This document shows, piece after piece, positions 57,455 to 64,000 of a DNA stretch of 64,000 nucleotides. The DNA is from a virus: positions 1 through 64,000 of the IMG/VR virus record IMGVR_UViG_3300037560_000207; one strand, written 5' to 3'. The translations under genes were made by a program, and so were the position numbers. The stretch's first letter is position 1; the number at the start of each line of letters is the position of its first letter. The notes under the pieces are model-generated. The model was not told the origin of the DNA, ran no database searches, and was given only the letters and a program-made list of their open reading frames with translations.

Positions 57455-57612
57455 GTTTCGCAGGCTGCAAAACCAAAGTCAAATCTAATCTCGTTTACCG
57501 TGTATATACGATTGTGGGGCTTAGTGGTGACGGGTGGGATAAAGTGGGTAACAAGGCGCTAGGTACAAAAATTGTACCCTGTTTATTATTTTTTGTAGGC
57601 TAATGCCGTGGG

Positions 57613-58482
57613 TTGACGATAAATATCGTCTCATTTTGTAAGAAGATACTAGAAATGATAGAGCACCTTCTCCTAACAGAAAGAAATGGTCTTTTACCGC
57701 ACCCAATAACATATTCACAAGTAAACCCATCAACACATCCAATTTCTGCGCAAGAATTACAAATCCACGGATTCAAAAAAATCCAATACTATTGGCTCCA
57801 CATTCCAACTGGACTAATAAATGCTTCAATTTTGTGGGTGAGAACTGAGCAATATGCCAATCTCCTCATCGAATTATGGAACAATATCGGCGGGCTCACA
57901 TGGAAATATTCATTAGTCCCGTTCAGTGTAGGGGATAACTCAGACCATAAAAAAGACATACCGGAGGAAAAAAGAATGAAAATTGAAAATTGGGCTGTCA
58001 TATTTCCCCCATCAGTAAGCCCATATACACCACCGGAATTATTAAAACAATCGTTACAGGGCGAAATCTTTGGACATCCCAAATTCAATGATGGAAAACG
58101 TATCACAACATCGTCAATCGTCGGGAAAAACAGTCGAAACGAAATCTTAACACACAGTGGTAGTATCTACGAATTAGGTCAAATTGATCCTGCCTACGAA
58201 GCACAATTTCCAGATGCAAAAAACAAGCTGTTAAGCAGTTTGCCTCTACCACACTGTCTTGCAGAAAGTACAAAAACTGTTTTCAAACGTGTTATAAATA
58301 TGGGTTATAAAGTCTACAAGTTACAAAACACATCTGGGTTTTCGAGTGAGAAACCTAGCATAATAATCCAAAAAGGCGACCCAGGATGGGAAATTGCATA
58401 CAATAAGTGGTTGAGAGGCGAAAATCCTACTGATTCAGAACTTTGGAAGTACGGAATATTTGCTTGTACTAAAAGGAAGTAA
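57613..58482 (+). CDS. hypothetical multidomain protein
   Basis: 289 aa; central LQGEIFGHPKFNDGKRITTSSIV...YELG module recurs in phage proteins. Confidence 0.6.
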   Translation: MTINIVSFCKKILEMIEHLLLTERNGLLPHPITYSQVNPSTHPISAQELQIHGFKKIQYYWLHIPTGLINASILWVRTEQYANLLIELWNNIGGLTWKYSLVPFSVGDNSDHKKDIPEEKRMKIENWAVIFPPSVSPYTPPELLKQSLQGEIFGHPKFNDGKRITTSSIVGKNSRNEILTHSGSIYELGQIDPAYEAQFPDAKNKLLSSLPLPHCLAESTKTVFKRVINMGYKVYKLQNTSGFSSEKPSIIIQKGDPGWEIAYNKWLRGENPTDSELWKYGIFACTKRK

Positions 58483-58484
58483 AA

Positions 58485-58841
58485 ATGTCAACACAAACAC
58501 TAGAACAAATGGAATCCGATCTAAGACTTGCAGGATTTATAGAATACTACTCTAGTCTGAGCCACGAACACGCAGTGTCGAAGTGGGAATTGAAAGTACA
58601 CAACGAAAACGGCAAGATCGAATACCTTGTCCGCGCTTTCTTGTATAAAAAATACGGCAGCAATCGGCGCAGTGATTACGACGACGGTGTTGTAGAATTT
58701 GAAGCTACGCTGTATCAGGAAATGCGAGACGACGAATGGATAACACTACAACTTCATGGCTCAAACATCAAATCGGCCCTTTTCTTATTCAGCGACGCAT
58801 ATACTGATCTGTGTTGTGAGTTGGATAGGCATAATAACTAA
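58485..58841 (+). CDS. hypothetical protein
   Basis: Coupled ORF with RBS. Confidence 0.6.
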   Translation: MSTQTLEQMESDLRLAGFIEYYSSLSHEHAVSKWELKVHNENGKIEYLVRAFLYKKYGSNRRSDYDDGVVEFEATLYQEMRDDEWITLQLHGSNIKSALFLFSDAYTDLCCELDRHNN

Positions 58842-59048
58842 GGGGCGCTAGAGGAGAAAAGTGTGGTAAGAATAAAGGGTGTTCACGACTTCAAGGTGCT
58901 TAACGACTACGACGATGTGGTGGTGTTTTTCACAGACGAAGAACAGAACGAATATTCCATGGACATAGCCCAGGAGGATGTAGATCAGTTGACCGACGAG
59001 CTTCTTGATATTACCTGATTATCGTCCTGTGGCACAAGGGGATACAAA

Positions 59049-59504
59049 ATGAGAAAATTCAATGTCGGCGATGTGGTCTCATCAACCTCTCCTCCTTATC
59101 TAAACAATAGGAAAATAGTTTCGATAGACGATAGTTGTACTCCAATCCTCTGTTTCATTGAAGGCCGTGAGCCAATCGAAACGTCCCCGCCTCTGTCTTG
59201 TACAGAAAACAGTTTGGTACTCGTTGAAGAAGCACACGCACAACCAGGGGATACGATCGAAATAACATTTAATGAAGATGGATGGCTAGGGAAAAGATTC
59301 GTTGTGGTAGAGTCGGATCGTAAAGGTAGTGAACCGGGTGAGGCGTGGTTCTATGATGAACACAAAACCCTGGGGTACTTCATGTCTCACAACTACAAAA
59401 TAATAAGTCGTTCTGGAAAAGCCCCAAACAACAAAGCTAATAGAGACGTGGACACGTTTCTTAAAGAACAAAAAGATGATAATCTTCGTAGTGTTTTTGG
59501 ATAA
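59049..59504 (+). CDS. hypothetical protein with two KOW/SH3-like starts
   Basis: FNVGDVV and QPGDTIEI. Confidence 0.6.
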   Translation: MRKFNVGDVVSSTSPPYLNNRKIVSIDDSCTPILCFIEGREPIETSPPLSCTENSLVLVEEAHAQPGDTIEITFNEDGWLGKRFVVVESDRKGSEPGEAWFYDEHKTLGYFMSHNYKIISRSGKAPNNKANRDVDTFLKEQKDDNLRSVFG

Positions 59505-59668
59505 CTCACTAGAAATTAAAATGATAATCAAAATAATTGTGCTAACTCTAGTAATTTGGATATTTTTGGAGCTTGGAGTAGTAAGACCAAGAATGAAGCC
59601 AATCTACGCATTCCTACTCATTCTAACTATATTTTCATCACTCTTATGTCTCATACAATGGAGATGAA

Positions 59669-59851
59669 ATGATAACCGAAGTGTTTATACCAGCGGTAAA
59701 TTGGACCAGGCACCTAGTTGATGCAATTAGAAACGCTAAACCTGGGGAAACTACCAGGATCATAGTCCGTAGCCACGAAGAAAGGGAGCTAGGCTTACGG
59801 GCACACGCTCGAATGTGTCCCGAAAAAAACGTGGAGTTCGTTATACAATAG
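59669..59851 (+). CDS. hypothetical protein
   Basis: GGAG RBS. Confidence 0.55.
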   Translation: MITEVFIPAVNWTRHLVDAIRNAKPGETTRIIVRSHEERELGLRAHARMCPEKNVEFVIQ

Positions 59852-60086
59852 GTGTATTTCGCTTAACACTGCATCCTGATCGTCGGCTCCGAACCAGTTT
59901 GGCCTGTATATATGTTTTCAGTATACCCAAATGTCCCGTTGATATGGAAGACACGTATGCGAGATACCCGTGCTTCCTTGCTTAAAAATTGGTGTATATC
60001 TTTCTCGTAATCCCTACACTAACGTTTTTAAGATGTTAACGGGGCATCTGGATGTACTGAATGCAAGACACAAAAGGAGAATATAG

Positions 60087-60296
60087 ATGAAAACGACAGT
60101 GAGTAATATTCAAGTGGGTGTTGGAGATGAAATCGCTATTTATGATAAGGCGTATAGAATTACATCAATAAAAGATGCCATCAAAGGTATAATGGTAATT
60201 GAAGATGGACATGTTGTAGAATCATCAACCATATACACGTTAGACCTGAGATTACCGGGATGGAGGTTTATACAATACTATATTAATCCGCAATAA
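60087..60296 (+). CDS. small protein, paralogue A
   Basis: MKTTV...GDEIAIYDKAYRI...LDLRLPGW. Confidence 0.65.
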   Translation: MKTTVSNIQVGVGDEIAIYDKAYRITSIKDAIKGIMVIEDGHVVESSTIYTLDLRLPGWRFIQYYINPQ

Positions 60297-60364
60297 ACAA
60301 AACTGGGATTGGAACGGTGGGGTTTTGATCCACTCTTTTTTAGTAAAATTCACAGGGGAAAAAT

Positions 60365-60565
60365 ATGTTAGAATTTCGCAAAACAATGGATGATCGCGCA
60401 ATGGATGTCTACCGATGCGAACCACACGCTAAACAACAACATATTGGAAGTATTCAATGGCATCCAGATAAAGTCCCCAGATTTGTCTGGTGTGTAGGTA
60501 CTGCACTTGAAGTAACACTAGGGGAAATGAAAGAAATAATCGAAGCTTTTAAGACATACAGATAG
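60365..60565 (+). CDS. hypothetical protein
   Basis: GGGG RBS. Confidence 0.6.
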   Translation: MLEFRKTMDDRAMDVYRCEPHAKQQHIGSIQWHPDKVPRFVWCVGTALEVTLGEMKEIIEAFKTYR

Positions 60566-60604
60566 ACAAAAACTGAGTTGCAAGACACAAAAAGGAGAGC
60601 GTAG

Positions 60605-60826
60605 GTGAAAACCACAGTAAAAGGTGGGGCAATGAAAGCGTGGTTGGAAGTAAGAGCTGGAGATGAGATAGGTATCGGTGATAAGGCGTATAGGATTATT
60701 GGGATAATTCCCGATTCTCACGTCATAAGTAGGCAGATAATTGAACACGGACATTTCGTTGACTCGGATACTCAACACGAATTAGACCTAAGATTATCTG
60801 GGTGGGAATTTCTGAAGAGACCCTAA
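60605..60826 (+). CDS. small protein, paralogue B
   Basis: MKTTV...GDEIGIGDKAYRI...LDLRLSGW. Confidence 0.65.
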   Translation: MKTTVKGGAMKAWLEVRAGDEIGIGDKAYRIIGIIPDSHVISRQIIEHGHFVDSDTQHELDLRLSGWEFLKRP

Positions 60827-61100
60827 CTCTCCACCTTAACTTATTCGTCTGGCTAATTCGGCATTATGAAGCAAAGTTGAAATGACTTGGCCAAAATGGA
60901 ACGTGTTAGTTCATCAACAAAATAGAGCTACCCCATGCCGTATAGGAACTGTGAAAGCACGGAGTATGGGAGAAGCTATACGAAAGGGCAAACGACTTTC
61001 AAGGTCTTGGAAGGTATCCGGTCGTATTGAAATCGAACAAACCATCTTTCTCGGATAATACAAATGATTAGACTTTTTATCTCAGCACTCATTATCGTTT

Positions 61101-61334
61101 GTGTTGGTGGTTGTCTGTAAAGGGGTTGATACTATGGCGCAGCAAGAATGGGACATACTGATTCACCTTGGAGATGAAGTCCCGCGTTACGTTGGGGCGA
61201 TGAAAGCGTGGGATGAGCAGGAGGCTAAAGAAAAGGGTACACGATTAGCAAATGGTCGGGGTTTGATTGGTCTTATCGAGATTCTATCTTCGGGGCCTGC
61301 AAGCAACACTGATGTAAACTATCATGTTTGGTAG
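61101..61334 (+). CDS. hypothetical protein (start probably MAQQEW)
   Basis: AGGGG RBS. Confidence 0.55.
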   Translation: MLVVVCKGVDTMAQQEWDILIHLGDEVPRYVGAMKAWDEQEAKEKGTRLANGRGLIGLIEILSSGPASNTDVNYHVW

Positions 61335-61501
61335 GGGAATATGATGCCTAAAGAATTTTCAGTCAAAATGTTGGGGTTCATCAATAGCCTCGGGTACAAA
61401 GTTGTACGTCGTCGCTGGCACGGGTTTCTTATAATGTGGTTCTACCTCACTTCTTTCATCATTAGTGGGATTGCAGGTCATCTTCTATTTGGGAGTACAA
61501 A

Positions 61502-61708
61502 ATGAGAAAATTTAATGACTCCCCTCTAACTGTCAGAAAAAGTCGAGAAAGCACATGTGACATATGTGAAAGGGTCGTGACAGAATACGCTGAACGAAAC
61601 AAACGATACGACGGCCTTTTCGTATGTCTCGAATGTGACACAATCATCAACAAGTTTCTTCAACTGAGCGGGTGTTGTGTTGTACGTATAGGGAAACGAA
61701 TAGCATAA
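61502..61708 (+). CDS. zinc-finger small protein
   Basis: CDIC...CLEC; GGAG RBS. Confidence 0.6.
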   Translation: MRKFNDSPLTVRKSRESTCDICERVVTEYAERNKRYDGLFVCLECDTIINKFLQLSGCCVVRIGKRIA

Positions 61709-61956
61709 TGGAAATGTGTATTAGAATCGGATACGACTCAGAAAATGAAGAGTTTTATGTAGAGGCATACGGATCAAACTCCGAACATTTAGGGAGTCTC
61801 CATTTTAAGAAGTGGAGTCAAGTCCTCTGTTTCCTATGGATAGATTATACTAACCCCAAATCAGCCGAATCGTGGCTACGTCAAATATCTAGTGAGGAAG
61901 TAACAAACGAAGAAATGAAATACATAGTCTCTAAGTGGCCCAATCATCACCCCTAA
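61672..61956 (+). CDS. hypothetical protein
   Basis: Co-oriented run. Confidence 0.55.
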   Translation: MLCCTYRETNSIMEMCIRIGYDSENEEFYVEAYGSNSEHLGSLHFKKWSQVLCFLWIDYTNPKSAESWLRQISSEEVTNEEMKYIVSKWPNHHP

Positions 61957-61974
61957 GAAAAGGAGTAATAGATT

Positions 61975-62310
61975 ATGAATGAAAAAGGACAAATAGCGGA
62001 TGTAGCAAGAAATCACATCGCAGCAATTTTTGATGATCATCGAATAATTAACAGTGGAGACATCTATGCTGAGAAAATCCGCAAAATACCACTAGAAGTA
62101 TTACTTTCGCCGCCGCCGTCGAAAATAGAACCAAAAATAAAAACAACGCTTAGTTGGGCGGATGTGGTAGATCACATAGCAAAGGCTCTGCGAGAGGTGG
62201 CTGACGAGGATGATGTAATCCAGGCGTATGAGTCGATGTTTCCCGGTAGTGACTTGTCATATAATGGTGACAGTATGTTTACTCTGGAGTGTTGTATAGA
62301 TGATAACTAA
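61975..62310 (+). CDS. hypothetical protein
   Basis: AAGGAG RBS. Confidence 0.65.
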   Translation: MNEKGQIADVARNHIAAIFDDHRIINSGDIYAEKIRKIPLEVLLSPPPSKIEPKIKTTLSWADVVDHIAKALREVADEDDVIQAYESMFPGSDLSYNGDSMFTLECCIDDN

Positions 62311-62315
62311 ATGTA

Positions 62316-62528
62316 TTGGAAACCTCCGTGTCAGGGAGGATTCAAATTTCCGGCGGCTTATTACATGGAACTGGACAATTTCCCAGTGTATGGTGTGTCT
62401 TTACCACAACGATACTCTGGCATCATAAAATAACAGATTCTTTGGAATCGCACTTCTTGTTTGAGTGTCCTGATTGTCGTGGGGACTTGGCGTGGTTACA
62501 AGCAAAGAAAAACGGTAAACTTTCATAA
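62316..62528 (+). CDS. hypothetical protein
   Basis: Co-oriented ORF with CPDC; start uncertain. Confidence 0.45.
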   Translation: METSVSGRIQISGGLLHGTGQFPSVWCVFTTTILWHHKITDSLESHFLFECPDCRGDLAWLQAKKNGKLS

Positions 62529-62803
62529 ATTGGTGTATGGTAGTCTATATTAAGTCATCTTTAGTAAAGTGTAAAGGAGAGACAAATGAGATGCCTTAGA
62601 AAGCTCTGGTGTGTCATTTGGGGGCATGACTTCATATCTTATATATACTCCGACGCAGATAGGAAGTGGTGGTGGACAGGAGCTTGCAGTAGGTGTGGCG
62701 CAACGGACGGAAGTAAAGTTGAACATTAGACGCAGAGCTGCAAATAGGAAATTCCAATAAGTCCAGTTTTCCAAGCGTTAGCCAGACAACAAAGGGGATA
62801 ATC

Positions 62804-62992
62804 ATGCAATTAGAGTGTATGTTCCGAAAGGACTTGTCTAAATTACCAAGTAATGAAGCTAGATTGAGGTTTTTAACGGAGGAAACGCATAACGCCAATC
62901 CTGAATCATGTTGGGGTAGGTTTGTAATAAATTTATGTAACAGGTTGGCTATCGAGATCATGATTTTTTGCTTGAGAAAGGATCGAGCATGA
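62804..62992 (+). CDS. hypothetical protein
   Basis: AGGGG RBS. Confidence 0.55.
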   Translation: MQLECMFRKDLSKLPSNEARLRFLTEETHNANPESCWGRFVINLCNRLAIEIMIFCLRKDRA

Positions 62993-63423
62993 GTACAACG
63001 TATCACGCTGCCGCTATTGTTGGATGTAAGATCGATGGATCAAAGATTTTCTTCAATAAAGAAGTCAGAGCGTGTAAACATCTGATCCCGTCACAGACCC
63101 CTGGATTACCCCCTGAAAACGCGAAGTTTTGTTCAGAGTGTGGTAAAAAGGTGTGGTCAAAAGTAAGTACCTCAATTCCACAGTACGATGAAGAAGAGGA
63201 AACTCTCTGTGGATTTCGAGTGTTCTACGACGAAAATGATGATTGTGTCTTCGTTGCTGGGGAGTATACTGAAATCCCTAACGAATTAGAAGCGCTGCCA
63301 GAAATGCTCGATGCTGGTGCAGCAGGAGATACAGTTCGTAGAAATCTCAAAGCCACACTGAAGCCACTCGGGTTGTGGGACGAAAAACAATTCGGTATAT
63401 GGCTCGTTACGTGGTATTCTTAA
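62968..63423 (+). CDS. hypothetical protein with CSEC zinc-ribbon (start probably MSTTY)
   Basis: AAGGA RBS. Confidence 0.65.
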   Translation: MLEKGSSMSTTYHAAAIVGCKIDGSKIFFNKEVRACKHLIPSQTPGLPPENAKFCSECGKKVWSKVSTSIPQYDEEEETLCGFRVFYDENDDCVFVAGEYTEIPNELEALPEMLDAGAAGDTVRRNLKATLKPLGLWDEKQFGIWLVTWYS

Positions 63424-63435
63424 AAGGAGTAAACA

Positions 63436-63819
63436 ATGTCCACCTGTTATTTTTACCTATTAAAAGAATGTGACTTTGAAACGAGAACGTTTCATATTCT
63501 TGACGTACTAACCATTGTAACAGGGCGGTTGGTGGCCCCAAGTAGGATGGATGCCGTATACGAAATCATAAATTGGATTACGCATGGCAATTTATACACA
63601 CATGAACTTCCAGGAGCATCAGACAAATGCAAACCGCAACTATTACGATGGTTCCCAGAATTGCAACCAACAATAGCCAGCGGCAAGTCACTAGATGAAT
63701 GTATGGAAAAGGCACAGACATGCCCGGATGCAGCTATCAAAATGTGGCTTACAGAGCTAAAAATGATGTTTCCCGACATTCGTGATACCTACGATGTTCC
63801 TCGTATCCTAGAGGATTAA
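63436..63819 (+). CDS. hypothetical phage protein
   Basis: AAGGAG RBS; LTIVTGRL...YEI..W.T...LYTHELP. Confidence 0.7.
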   Translation: MSTCYFYLLKECDFETRTFHILDVLTIVTGRLVAPSRMDAVYEIINWITHGNLYTHELPGASDKCKPQLLRWFPELQPTIASGKSLDECMEKAQTCPDAAIKMWLTELKMMFPDIRDTYDVPRILED

Positions 63820-63831
63820 ACGGTAATCTAT

Positions 63832-63905
63832 AGGTCGGTAGCTCAGTTAGGTAGAGCAGTTGATTTTTAATCAATTGGCCGTGAGTTCGATTCTCACCCG
63901 ACCTA
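63832..63905 (+). tRNA. tRNA-Lys(TTT)
   Basis: AGGTCGG/CCGACCT acceptor, GTTGA-TTTTTAA-TCAAT anticodon arm, TTCGATT T-loop. Confidence 0.9.
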
Positions 63906-63953
63906 GTAAACCTATGGAGTAGTTGGTGTATAAGTCTTGGGAGGATAAGATTT

Positions 63954-64000
63954 ATGCACACCAAACTCAAAGGGAATATAGCAGAGGCATCGACAGTATT
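63954..64000 (+). CDS. PD-(D/E)XK endonuclease-like protein, 5' fragment
   Basis: MHTKLKGNIAEA start matches the KG.IAE first helix of this family; GGAGG RBS; truncated. Confidence 0.5.
   Translation, partial: MHTKLKGNIAEASTV

Noticed and set aside
59945-59980. GGAAG-CACG..GCGA..CGTG-CTTCC hairpin
   Set aside because: Single isolated hairpin without U-tract or homologous copy; not enough to call an RNA or terminator.
1-64000. Integrated prophage, plasmid or archaeal virus
   Set aside because: No integrase, att-flanked host genes or Rep/Par operon; tmRNA, sigma factor and sigma70 promoters indicate a bacterial host despite the archaeal-type AsnRS paralogue.

Overview
A 64-kb segment of a large tailed dsDNA bacteriophage (Caudoviricetes) with a bacterial host, as shown by tmRNA, a sigma-like gene and sigma70-type promoters. 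No integrase or host housekeeping operon is present. 1-8.3 kb (minus): auxiliary genes, including a SLOG protein, an anticodon-domain-less AsnRS paralogue, hpt, tmRNA, tRNA(CAT) and HNH genes. 8.3-37.3 kb (minus): morphogenesis module with tail-tube-like protein, neck/head-closure proteins, two repeat-rich fibre proteins, adaptor, major capsid, decoration, protease/scaffold, portal and TerL. It is interleaved with free-standing homing endonucleases, an HTH-HNH-Mom-like fusion, ERCC4, gmd, a glycosyltransferase and a sigma-like gene. 37.4-49.8 kb: DNA MTase, ClpP, MazG, ATP-grasp, SMC-like ATPase and small genes. At ~49.9-50.2 kb transcription diverges and GC rises. The following ~4 kb carries about 35 copies (counted by eye) of a strongly oriented TTATCGG(AC) motif written over coding sequence. 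An overlapping ~2-kb GC-rich, heavily base-paired region (52.85-54.85 kb) looks like undescribed large structured RNA around a 115-aa orphan ORF. The remainder holds small orphan early-type genes and tRNAs, one with an abnormal anticodon arm. Two phage-specific promoter classes can be read from the sequence: an ECF-like AAC-N16-CGTATAAT and a -10-only GTGTATAA. Family calls come from motif recognition, not database searches.
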